Virus record (IMG/VR): IMGVR_UViG_3300036713_000599
DNA length: 64,000 nucleotides
Source: a virus
Taxonomy: Duplodnaviria; Caudoviricetes
Strand: one strand, 5' to 3'
Positions 1 through 8,608 of this stretch are shown piece after piece (positions within the stretch are counted from its first letter, which is position 1; every line of letters starts with the position of its first letter). Position numbers and translations under genes: made by a program. The notes under the pieces are model-generated. The model had not been told where the DNA came from. It saw nothing but the letters and a program-made list of their open reading frames with translations, and made no database searches.

Positions 1-2
1 TC

Positions 3-506
3 AACCCTCAAAGATACAACATGCTCCTCTCTCGGTTGGCGGAGCGTTTTGAAGAAAAAACGGATACTCGGGAAGCTAGATCTACTTGTACCCTGCCTTC
101 TGGTAGGGTCAGTGCAGGTAACCCACAGGAGACTGATGCAATGACAACCAAGCTTTCGGCTGAACAAAGCAAGACGGCAAGTGGCATTTTGACCAAGCTC
201 GATGAGACTGCAAAGGAGATTCAGGCTTCCTATGAGAAGCTTGGGTTGCCCCTCAAAGATGCAAAAAAGATGGTCAATGCGCTCGATCGTATTGCCGACG
301 ACTTTGAAATCAATGCTTTTGGCGAAGAGTCTTGGGAAAACCGTCGCCAGGAAATTGAAGACAAGACCGCTGCTGTGTATCAGCGTGACCCTGATGAGTC
401 TTATATGGATACATTCCAGAACCCTCATCAGCCTCACCAAGTGGACGCCGACGAGCCCTATATGGATGCTTTTTCGGACGACGACTCTTGGTCTGAGGGT
501 GAGTGA
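3..506 (+). CDS. Hypothetical head-module protein, probably 5'-truncated by the window; strong internal in-frame start at 141 (MTTKLSAEQ...)
   Basis: Frame is open from base 3 (NPQRYNMLLSRL...). AGGAG at 127-131 precedes ATG 141. Acidic C-terminus. Lies upstream of the prohead protease. Confidence 0.6.
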   Translation, partial: NPQRYNMLLSRLAERFEEKTDTREARSTCTLPSGRVSAGNPQETDAMTTKLSAEQSKTASGILTKLDETAKEIQASYEKLGLPLKDAKKMVNALDRIADDFEINAFGEESWENRRQEIEDKTAAVYQRDPDESYMDTFQNPHQPHQVDADEPYMDAFSDDDSWSEGE

Positions 507-536
507 GACGACGAACCTTCGCCTCTTGAGTGACCT

Positions 537-1244
537 ATGACGATTGACTATTGGCAACTCGCAAAGGACTTCGCTGCAGGTGACATAGTGCAGCGGCTTC
601 TTCCGGGGCAAGGTATCTCGCCCTTCTCTGGTCGTGTCCTCGCATCCTTACCTGGTTTAGGTGTCGTGGACGTCCAATGGCCTTACGGTTCGGAGAGAGT
701 TTTTTCCGATGAGCTGCTGAAGGTAGACCCTCGTTTTGGTTACTACCTGCCCCCTACTCTTACTTTTGATTATTTTCCTGGGCTGGATGTTGTTAAACAG
801 GCGTCCGTGAACAAGTGGCGGACTACTGAGGTGCCTGCAGGATTCCACAAGGAACTAGCTCGGTTATTTAGTAGAGGGTCAAACGAGATTCAGGCGTACA
901 ATGAGTTGTGGCATCGTTACGCATCATATTCTCATGATGATGCACTGCGAGACGAGGTCGACAAATTTTACCGCTTTGCTTCCAATACTCTCGATCTGTA
1001 TCTTCAGGCGACTGTTGCTAAGACAGCTACCTATTGGATGGCCCAGAATCGGCAACACCGGGCCACGCGTAAAGAGCTATTGGCAAAGTGCCCTAACTGC
1101 CCTCGCTGTGGCACGGCTATGCGTCGCACTACGTACAAGATGCGAGAGGGGCAGAAGATGCGCCTTTTTGCGTGCCCTGTGGATCTCTTCATTATAAAGA
1201 GGGGTGACATTTTTGGGCCCGACGGTAATCCCGTGGAGTGGTAA
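537..1244 (+). CDS. Hypothetical head-module protein with C-terminal Cys cluster (putative Zn ribbon)
   Basis: 235-aa ORF with CPNCPRC...CPVD near the C-terminus; stop abuts the protease start. Confidence 0.65.
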   Translation: MTIDYWQLAKDFAAGDIVQRLLPGQGISPFSGRVLASLPGLGVVDVQWPYGSERVFSDELLKVDPRFGYYLPPTLTFDYFPGLDVVKQASVNKWRTTEVPAGFHKELARLFSRGSNEIQAYNELWHRYASYSHDDALRDEVDKFYRFASNTLDLYLQATVAKTATYWMAQNRQHRATRKELLAKCPNCPRCGTAMRRTTYKMREGQKMRLFACPVDLFIIKRGDIFGPDGNPVEW

Positions 1245-1245
1245 T

Positions 1246-2721
1246 ATGGCTTTTTCGAAGTACGCCAACGCAGCTGTTGTTAAGCCTGCCATCACCATGG
1301 ATGCGTGGGACACGGTTCGAGCTAATGCAATGCAGCTCGGACCCGCTTTTGGTGCCCGAAAGTCTTCTGGGGCTGTACTTCAAAAATTCCATCCTGACCA
1401 ATATTTACTCAGCCATTGTACTATCATAGCCTCTGTGGACACAGAGGAACCCTCTGATGTCAAGCTAGGGGCTCAGATGGTAGATGGTTTCCAGATCAAC
1501 CGTAAGTACGGCGACTACCTAATCACTCCTGAGACAAGTCCTTGGATTAACAATAATTTTGATAGCTGGGAAAGAAAACTTTTGCTCGCAACATACCCCA
1601 CTTTTACTGGTGGTGAAAACTATGTTGAGCACTTACAGATTCCTGAGTTATCTAAAGGTAAGATCTTAGATGCTGCAGCACGGGACATTGGAGACTCTAT
1701 ATACGTCGACATCCTTGTAGCTACGAGTCGTAAACACCGCCCCTTGATTGAGGCGGTAGAGTCTGGTGAGCTTCAGACACTGTCGATGGGCGCACGGGTA
1801 GCATTTACCATTTGCTCTAAGTGCGGGAATGTTGCTGCTGACGAGACTGAACTGTGTCAGCACATCAAGTACCAGAAAGGTAACAACTTTACTGACGAGC
1901 TAGGTAAGGTCCGAAAGATTGCTGAGATCTGCGGACACGTGACAGCAGAGCCCGGAAGTGTTGAATTCGTAGAAGCTTCTTGGGTTGCTAACCCCGCCTT
2001 TACAGGTGCTGTTCTTCGCAACATCCTCGCTCCTGACCAGATAAAGGCTCTTGGATCCCGTGCTCAGGTAGCCTTCTCTCGTCTTCCTGGGGTTGTGGAC
2101 AATGATTCGATGCGGCGAGTCGCGAGTCTTGCTTTTGACCTCGGTGACCAAGGCCAGGATCAAGAAGAACCTGTGCCGAAGCCTCAGAAAGATCTTTTAG
2201 AAGAAGCTGTTGGTGATGTCGCGGACTATCTCCGAGAGCAGGCATTGAAAAAGGTTCGTGAGGAGATGGGTGGAGGGGAAGTCCCGGAAGCTGATCTCCA
2301 GGAAAACCTCAATGAGACTCTAGTGAAGGAAGCCACGTCTAGTCCCCAGTGGTGTGCCATATCTAAAGCTGTGGTCACTAAACTAGGATCGGGACCGTTG
2401 ACTAGACGTATTTTGTTCGGCTTTCTTTTATACCGTCGTGGTGGTTGGAAGTGTGTTCAAGCTGCCAAAAAGCTTAAGGGTGTGGACTTTCTAGCTATGT
2501 CTCGATTCATCGATTCATTCCAAGGCGTTCCTAAGATCGCAGGAGAGTCTCGTTTGTATCGTGCTGTCGTCGCTGTAGGCGGGTATGCACCATACGAAGA
2601 TGAAAAGAGCTATTTGGCCGCGTGTCGTCGAGTACTAGGTAGGGAATTAATGAGGTCCGAGCAGGACACTCTGTTGGCTAAGGGGAGATTGTACGACCTT
2701 GGGGCTCCCGGGATGTCGTGA
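1246..2721 (+). CDS. Prohead (capsid maturation) serine protease with Zn-ligand insertion and C-terminal extension
   Basis: Start moved to ATG 1246 (GGAG at 1235-1238). Motifs NYVEH (His), GELQTLSMG (Ser) and EASWVANPAF resemble HK97/assemblin-type phage proteases; CSKC...CQH...C insert; canonical position upstream of scaffold and capsid genes. Confidence 0.75.
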   Translation: MAFSKYANAAVVKPAITMDAWDTVRANAMQLGPAFGARKSSGAVLQKFHPDQYLLSHCTIIASVDTEEPSDVKLGAQMVDGFQINRKYGDYLITPETSPWINNNFDSWERKLLLATYPTFTGGENYVEHLQIPELSKGKILDAAARDIGDSIYVDILVATSRKHRPLIEAVESGELQTLSMGARVAFTICSKCGNVAADETELCQHIKYQKGNNFTDELGKVRKIAEICGHVTAEPGSVEFVEASWVANPAFTGAVLRNILAPDQIKALGSRAQVAFSRLPGVVDNDSMRRVASLAFDLGDQGQDQEEPVPKPQKDLLEEAVGDVADYLREQALKKVREEMGGGEVPEADLQENLNETLVKEATSSPQWCAISKAVVTKLGSGPLTRRILFGFLLYRRGGWKCVQAAKKLKGVDFLAMSRFIDSFQGVPKIAGESRLYRAVVAVGGYAPYEDEKSYLAACRRVLGRELMRSEQDTLLAKGRLYDLGAPGMS

Positions 2722-2731
2722 TTCTCTTTAT
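2720..2731 (+). promoter_or_regulatory. Candidate phage late-promoter motif (representative copy GATTCTCTTTAT)
   Basis: Similar 12-mers recur upstream of gene starts at 78, 7466, 10854, 27226, 30515, 33376, 35908, 39258, 44178, 45058 and 50719. Confidence 0.45.
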
Positions 2732-2761
2732 ATGCTCATAGAAGGCAGGAAAGGTGATATC

Positions 2762-3889
2762 ATGCGTAAGCGTACCACTTGGGTTTCATCGAAGGGAGCT
2801 TCCGAAAAGAAGGCAGAAGATCCCCGTGCCATGAACCAGGACCATTTGCAGCAGCAGCCGTCGGCTGACAAGTATACGATAGGCGGCCCATCAGAGTTTG
2901 CTGAGGACGTACATCCGTCTGCTGACACCTGGGAATCAGAGGACGAGGGTGGTGAGACTAAGCGGAATGAAATAGGGATGCCCGAGTTCCGTGACGACAC
3001 TTTCAAGCACGCTGGCGTCGACATGGAGACTCTGTACAAGAAGGGTAATATATGTCTCCGTGTTGCCCGCCACATGCTCCCGTCTGCAGATGATGAGACC
3101 CTTGAGTTCCAGGCTGCTGCTTTGATGCACCTTCCTGATCAGGACCTGGTTGAAACCGTTGGTCGTATTCAAACGGCCGGAAAGGTCCCGCCCGAGTTTC
3201 TTGAGCAGCAGGAGAAGATGAAGGAAAAGGCCGAGGACAAGAAGGAAGAAAAAGAAGAAAAGGCGGACAAGAAGGAAGCTTCTGAAAACGTAGAGCCTGA
3301 GCAGGTTGCGGAAGAAGAGACGGAAGAAGAGAAGGAAGAAGAAGAGAAGGAAGAAGAAGAGAAGGCTCAGGACAAGGAAGCTTCTTGCGGGCAGATGTTC
3401 TCAATGGAGCAGATGCAGGAGATGGTGAACCAGGCTGTCCAGGCCAAGATGGACGCCATGCAGGCGCCCGCCTCACAGATGTCTGAAGTCCAGAGCGATG
3501 AGGAAATCCTCGATCAAATGCTTCAGGACGACTTGGAGCCTGCCCAGACCTCTGAGATGGACCTTCAACTTGAAGGTGCTCCGATGAATATCGACGAGGT
3601 CCAATTTGACCAGGATGAGAGCGACGTCCTCTCGTCTTTGTTCGCGAACCACTCTGAAGTTCTTCAGGCCCAACAGGCCCAGACCCTTCAGGGCGGTGTT
3701 CCGGTAGTTCCTGTTGCACTTCCTGTAACAAAGAATGCTTCTACTCGGACGGTCGGCACACGACCGTCCGGCGGTGTTTCACAGATCGGTGGGGCAGGTG
3801 CTTCCGCTGAGACAAACAGCAACGATGTCGACTCCTTGTCTAGTATGTGGAAGTCGGCTCCTGATGTATCTGGCGTCTTTAACCCCTAA
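2762..3889 (+). CDS. Putative capsid scaffolding / prohead core protein
   Basis: ATG 2762 follows an AGGAAAGGTG RBS. Very acidic, low-complexity E/K-rich helical middle; sits between protease and decoration/capsid genes. Confidence 0.6.
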   Translation: MRKRTTWVSSKGASEKKAEDPRAMNQDHLQQQPSADKYTIGGPSEFAEDVHPSADTWESEDEGGETKRNEIGMPEFRDDTFKHAGVDMETLYKKGNICLRVARHMLPSADDETLEFQAAALMHLPDQDLVETVGRIQTAGKVPPEFLEQQEKMKEKAEDKKEEKEEKADKKEASENVEPEQVAEEETEEEKEEEEKEEEEKAQDKEASCGQMFSMEQMQEMVNQAVQAKMDAMQAPASQMSEVQSDEEILDQMLQDDLEPAQTSEMDLQLEGAPMNIDEVQFDQDESDVLSSLFANHSEVLQAQQAQTLQGGVPVVPVALPVTKNASTRTVGTRPSGGVSQIGGAGASAETNSNDVDSLSSMWKSAPDVSGVFNP

Positions 3890-3966
3890 GTTGAGACCCC
3901 AGTGGTTCCCTAAATGAAAATGAAGATTTCAGTCAACCCTAGCCAGTCTCGTAAGGAGAAGAGAAT

Positions 3967-4590
3967 ATGGCTCTGAATCAAGGTCAAGGCTCGGGCGACT
4001 TCGCGGAGATGAGTGGTAGAATTCATCTGTTCCACATGGGGATTCGCAACTCGATGGGTATCCTCACGGCAGATGCTTTCACCCAGGCAAATCCGCCAAT
4101 CGTCACGACAGCCGCAAACGTTTCAACAACTCTTAGTGGGATCTCCAAAGTGGGTGTCCTCGGTGCTTCGGTCGCGTTCACACGGCCGGATGCGGGCAAC
4201 GGCTATCATGGCGGACCCGTACAAGTCGGCTCAGCATATGTTGCCGGCCAAAAGCCCCTCGGTCTTTTTCTCAATGACGCTGTCGGCAATGCGTACGAGA
4301 ACACTCCTGGAGTCGCCTCCGGTCGTGGGCCTTACGCCTCAGGCCAAGGCGTTGTCGGAGTCTCTCTCTGGGAGACGCAGCAACAGGTCGGCGGATCCGC
4401 CGCCCTTACTTACGCATCTGGAGACGAGCTGTACGCTTCAGTTAACGGCTTGCTCACGAATCGTATTGAGGACGCCTACGAGTATAACGTCGTTGGTCAA
4501 AATGACCCCGATTTTGTGACCATTGTAGGAATTCTCAAGGTCGCCCCTGACGCTAACAACTCCCTGATGGTGTTGGATCTTCGGATCTAG
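3967..4590 (+). CDS. Putative capsid decoration / cementing protein
   Basis: 207 aa, G/A/V-rich and beta-prone (KPLGLFLNDA, YASGDELYAS..GLLT); immediately upstream of the major capsid gene with AAGGAG RBS. Assignment mainly by synteny. Confidence 0.55.
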   Translation: MALNQGQGSGDFAEMSGRIHLFHMGIRNSMGILTADAFTQANPPIVTTAANVSTTLSGISKVGVLGASVAFTRPDAGNGYHGGPVQVGSAYVAGQKPLGLFLNDAVGNAYENTPGVASGRGPYASGQGVVGVSLWETQQQVGGSAALTYASGDELYASVNGLLTNRIEDAYEYNVVGQNDPDFVTIVGILKVAPDANNSLMVLDLRI

Positions 4591-4634
4591 CGGAGTCACC
4601 GCAACTCAAAGGGCAATTCCGCTAGGAGAATGAC

Positions 4635-5516
4635 ATGAACCAGCAAATCAGTAACGAGCAAAAACAAAAGGTCATCTCGGAGTACATCAAAACAGCAGCC
4701 GGTCGTGCGAAGCTTGCAGCTTCTATGATCCAGCCGCTCCGTCTTCGTCGTGACTACACGGCCGTAGGCCGCAAGACGTTCGCCGTCGAAAGCTTGCCGG
4801 ACGCGGCACTCCCCATTTACGACAAGGACCCTGAGGTCACCGCATTCGTCGTGGGCGAAGAAGGCGAGAACGTTCTTGCTATTCAAAAGTCCCGCCGCGT
4901 CATCTTCTCTTTGTTCGAGATCGCTTCGAACCCTGAGATTCCGTTCACTCAGGTCAAGGAGCGCCGCTTCGATTTGATTGAACGTTCTCAGGATCTTGCC
5001 AAGGCCCAGATTCAGGCTGCCGAAGATGAGCGAGTATTCGCTGTCCTTGATAGCATCGCTGTCTCTGGCTTCGACAACCTTCCGGGTCAGACTAACCCTG
5101 ACATTGCTGTTGTTGCTCCTATCTCCCCGAGCGTCCTCGCTGATGCTTTTGCTGAGATAGAACGTCACGACCTGCGTGTCGCCCGCATCTATATGAATGC
5201 GGTTGACTATGCTGATATCCGGAAGTTCGGACGGGATGTTCTCGACATCGAATCACAGGCAACTCTCCTGAAGACTGGTCTCCAGGCCACCTTGTGGGGG
5301 GCGCAAATCATCACCAGTCGCTTGGTTCCGGCCGGTTACGTGTATGCGTGCGCGGAAGCCGAAAACTTCGGCCGCTTCCCTGTTCGTACGGAACTTACGG
5401 TCCTTTCTGCCGACGACCCGAAGACCAGGACTATCGGGTTCTCCTGCTTCGAGAATGTTGGGATCGGGGCGTTCAATCCTCGTGGGTTGACCCGCATGGT
5501 TGTCACCCGTTTCTAG
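4635..5516 (+). CDS. Major capsid protein (HK97 fold)
   Basis: AGGAG RBS. Sequence pattern (FEIASNPEIPFTQVKERRFDLIERSQDLAKAQIQAAEDERVF; IYMNAVDYADIRKF; LWGAQIITS) typical of HK97-fold capsid proteins; follows protease, scaffold and decoration genes and is followed by a terminator hairpin. Confidence 0.85.
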   Translation: MNQQISNEQKQKVISEYIKTAAGRAKLAASMIQPLRLRRDYTAVGRKTFAVESLPDAALPIYDKDPEVTAFVVGEEGENVLAIQKSRRVIFSLFEIASNPEIPFTQVKERRFDLIERSQDLAKAQIQAAEDERVFAVLDSIAVSGFDNLPGQTNPDIAVVAPISPSVLADAFAEIERHDLRVARIYMNAVDYADIRKFGRDVLDIESQATLLKTGLQATLWGAQIITSRLVPAGYVYACAEAENFGRFPVRTELTVLSADDPKTRTIGFSCFENVGIGAFNPRGLTRMVVTRF

Positions 5517-5549
5517 TTCTAGCTGGATCTCAGCTAATTCCCGCTTTTT

Positions 5550-5589
5550 AGCCCCGGCCGCTCTTGTTGGCCGGGGCTTCTTGATTTGT
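5550..5589 (+). terminator. Rho-independent terminator after the major capsid gene
   Basis: Perfect 10-bp stem AGCCCCGGCC (5550-5559) / GGCCGGGGCT (5569-5578), 9-nt loop, followed by TCTTGATTTGT. Confidence 0.75.
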
Positions 5590-5662
5590 ACAAGATCCGG
5601 CTTCTAGATACACACTATTATTTCTTTCCTGTGCTTGATCTTCTTTTGCCCTTACTTTGGTA

Positions 5663-6154
5663 ATGAACGACTTAGCACGAAGAGTAGCTATTCGGTACCG
5701 GCAAAAAGGTAAAGCTCGCAAGCAGCGGGTCAAACAGTACCGCCGAAACAAAGCTAAGAGCAAGACACAGAATCGCCATTGGCGTCTCAAGAACAAAATG
5801 CAGGTCAAAAGGTACCGCCAAAAGCGAGAGCGGAACCCTCACATGCATGAGCTTAGACGACGGTCGGCGGGTATCATGTTTGACCCTGTGGCCCTTCTTC
5901 CCATACACTTTTGGGACACGAAGGGGGAATTTTCAGGGCAGGTGCGCTCGGTCGCTGTTGACGGAACCTTTATTGACACCATGGTGGACGGGAAACTTAG
6001 GACGTACGACACAGAAGATTTCATGGTGACGTGTGTTGTGATTGATGAGGGAGCCGAGAGAACTTTGTTTGACGTTCTGGATGAGATTCATGGGATTGAT
6101 GCCGAACAAGATGTTTCAGAGTTGATCGATCTTGAGGAAGACATCGAGGACTGA
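5663..6154 (+). CDS. Small protein with very basic N-half and acidic C-half; candidate DNA-binding core protein
   Basis: N-terminal ~70 residues dominated by R/K (RYRQKGKARKQRVKQYRRNKAKSK...); ends in EQDVSELIDLEEDIED. Start uncertain (no clear RBS). Confidence 0.55.
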   Translation: MNDLARRVAIRYRQKGKARKQRVKQYRRNKAKSKTQNRHWRLKNKMQVKRYRQKRERNPHMHELRRRSAGIMFDPVALLPIHFWDTKGEFSGQVRSVAVDGTFIDTMVDGKLRTYDTEDFMVTCVVIDEGAERTLFDVLDEIHGIDAEQDVSELIDLEEDIED

Positions 6155-6226
6155 GTCGCCTTAATGATCTATTTGTTGGTTTGCCTCTAGTAATGGGTTT
6201 CTCAACCCCATTACAGGGAGATAAAG

Positions 6227-7402
6227 ATGAATCAACAAATCCAATTCAAAGCAGGACAGGTACAAGTATTTGTAGCCACGAGGTCGTTTGCTCTCGGGCA
6301 GAGCGGTGTTACCGTCCCTAGAGGGGCGGAGGTCGAGTTTGATGGCACCAGTGTGTCCTATGCTGGTATGCAGCCAGTTGTGATGCCACAGCTCCGTGGG
6401 GCCCTTCGTACAGGATGGCTCGTACCTGCACAGAATTTTGACCCATGTGCTCCTGAAGCTCGGCCACAACCCGCGGGTATGACTATGAGGCCTGCTGAGG
6501 GGGGCAACCCTATGGATCCTAAGCCTAGCCGTGAGGTGAATGTGGAGGTTGATGCCGAGGCACACGAAGTTGCAAGTGTGGTAGACCACGCCTCTGCGAC
6601 GCGAGAGAGGAATCGAGACAACTATCGTCGTAGGACCTCTAATGATGAGTCCGCTGCTGGGCAGAGATATAGTGGTGTGGTTGTTGAGCATCAGGACGGT
6701 GTCCCAGTTCCGGGCATTTCGTTTAAGACTCCGTCGGGAAAAAAGGCTAAAAGTTCTTCTGCGGATATTTTGAAAGCTGGTGAGCTTATTCATTCTGCGA
6801 GTAAGGTTAAGATACAGCCTGGAGTGGGGCGTAGCCGTGACCAGCTCATTGCTGATGCACGTGCTAAAGGAGTCCCGGAAGAAGAAATCCTTCGATACGA
6901 ACAGGAATTAGCTGCACGTCGGGCAACGAAGCTTGTGGACGCAGATCTTCGGCATCAGGTCGTAGGGCAGGTGCGATCACCTCAGGTGGTGAGCGCTGAA
7001 GGCTTTAAACTCACGCAGAGTGTGGGTGGTGGTACTGAGATCGCAGATCTTGGTGGCACAGGTGGTCAAACTCGGACTGACGTGGTCGAGGAAGATGGTA
7101 TCAAGTTTACCACCACCAATGGGCCGAAAAAGGTAGTTCGTTTCGCTAAGAAGTCTGCGGCTTCCTCCACCCTGGGCGCTGGGTCTGCGGACGATGCTGT
7201 GTGCCGCACCATTGCCCGTTCTGTTTGTTCAGATTTTCCAGACAATTACGTCTTTACTGACCCTACTAGAAAAAAGATCGCTCGGCTTCAGGCAGACTAT
7301 GACGATCGTCCGGATGTCATTCGTGCAGTTGCAGCGGCCGAAACAGACGGCGAGATCAAGCGTCGCCTCGTTGAGGAGTTCCCGGAAGTGTTCAATCGAT
7401 GA
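6227..7402 (+). CDS. Hypothetical virion/head-associated protein
   Basis: 391-aa ORF with GGGAG RBS and an upstream hairpin; no recognised domain. Confidence 0.65.
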   Translation: MNQQIQFKAGQVQVFVATRSFALGQSGVTVPRGAEVEFDGTSVSYAGMQPVVMPQLRGALRTGWLVPAQNFDPCAPEARPQPAGMTMRPAEGGNPMDPKPSREVNVEVDAEAHEVASVVDHASATRERNRDNYRRRTSNDESAAGQRYSGVVVEHQDGVPVPGISFKTPSGKKAKSSSADILKAGELIHSASKVKIQPGVGRSRDQLIADARAKGVPEEEILRYEQELAARRATKLVDADLRHQVVGQVRSPQVVSAEGFKLTQSVGGGTEIADLGGTGGQTRTDVVEEDGIKFTTTNGPKKVVRFAKKSAASSTLGAGSADDAVCRTIARSVCSDFPDNYVFTDPTRKKIARLQADYDDRPDVIRAVAAAETDGEIKRRLVEEFPEVFNR

Positions 7403-7530
7403 CTCTGTGTATGGGCACTGTTGGAACTTCCTGGCAGGTTGTCTGTGTGAGCCCTCCCTGGCACCTAACCTACTTGTAAGGCTGCCTTGTTGACGACCCC
7501 TTTCGGGGAGACGCAGCTCAAGGACGCCAC

Positions 7531-8592
7531 ATGTTCGACAAAAGCAAGAAAGCTGGAGCCACGGTCTACCTGGTCGAAGAGTTGAGTGATGCTCGTATGC
7601 GGTGTGACCAACTTATTCGGCAGGTCGGTGATGCGACCCGGTTGGTTGAGGGTAGTCCCCACCGAGAGGCTGTTTTTGAGGCTGCCGGGCACCTTTTGTA
7701 TACGATCCCGCACACACTTTTTCGGCTCCAGAAGGCTCTCCAAGCAGCCGCACTCGCCACGAACAGGCTTGACTCAGAGGAGATCAAATCGGATCTCCGC
7801 CCTGAGAAGGTGCGACAGTTAGAGGACGTTTTGGAAGACGTTAGGATTCGGCAAATCAAGAGACACTCGGAGAATACTATGATTGACCCCAAGGATAGAA
7901 TTTGGAACGCGGACACTCCGATTCCCAGTAAGGTTGCTTTTGACGAGTATCCGAAGATGAATCGGCTTGCTCAAAATATTGCAGTGGCGTTAGACACTAT
8001 CAAAAAAGACGGTGAGGCGCTACTCAAGGAAATAGGTCGTGTCGACATGTCGGGGATTGACACGGAGATGGATGAAGGGGGCTTGAGACGTCTCGTTCAA
8101 GTGGCAAGTAGGGCTCGCAACACCCTTTTTGGTTGGGGAGGGATGACTTTCGTTGACAAATACGCATCAGACGAGGAGAAGGCAGGCCGCTTCGAGGAAG
8201 GTAAGCCAGCGGACCCTACGAAGAATATGTCTCCTGAAGACAAGAAAAAGTGGGAGTATTACAAGGACGAGAATAGGGACGAGTTCAAGAAGAAGGCGTA
8301 CGACTATGGTCGTGTGTTAGCAGGTCTTCCTAAGGCTGAGGTGAAAAAAGTTACGCCTCTTGAACGTAATCATCCTGAGAGTCGTGGGGTTTCAGGGTTG
8401 GCGACCATTGAGGGCTACAAGGGCAAGATAGAGGTTATCCGGGGTCCTAATGGCGGCATCACGACCAGGAACAAAGGTCGGAAAATACCAACCCCTCAAC
8501 AGACAAATGCGGCTATTAAGGCGTTCAAGCAAGCACTAGAAAAGAGCCAGTGGTCTTATGTTCTGGAGGACCACCCAAGCCCCTGGAAATAA
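7531..8592 (+). CDS. Hypothetical helical head-associated protein; possible internal start at 7879
   Basis: 353-aa ORF with AAGGA RBS; in-frame GGAG-N6-ATG at 7879. Confidence 0.65.
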   Translation: MFDKSKKAGATVYLVEELSDARMRCDQLIRQVGDATRLVEGSPHREAVFEAAGHLLYTIPHTLFRLQKALQAAALATNRLDSEEIKSDLRPEKVRQLEDVLEDVRIRQIKRHSENTMIDPKDRIWNADTPIPSKVAFDEYPKMNRLAQNIAVALDTIKKDGEALLKEIGRVDMSGIDTEMDEGGLRRLVQVASRARNTLFGWGGMTFVDKYASDEEKAGRFEEGKPADPTKNMSPEDKKKWEYYKDENRDEFKKKAYDYGRVLAGLPKAEVKKVTPLERNHPESRGVSGLATIEGYKGKIEVIRGPNGGITTRNKGRKIPTPQQTNAAIKAFKQALEKSQWSYVLEDHPSPWK

Positions 8593-8608
8593 GGTGAAGA
8601 GCCCTTTT

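Noticed and set aside
3225-3380. GAAGAAGAG-type tandem repeats as a CRISPR array or satellite
   Set aside because: They are Glu/Lys codons of the scaffold's low-complexity helix; there is no repeat-spacer periodicity.
4635-5516. Encapsulin nanocompartment with ferritin-like cargo (35934)
   Set aside because: The shell gene is flanked by protease, scaffold and decoration genes and linked to a full tail; the Dps-like gene is 30 kb away. Phage capsid is the simpler reading.
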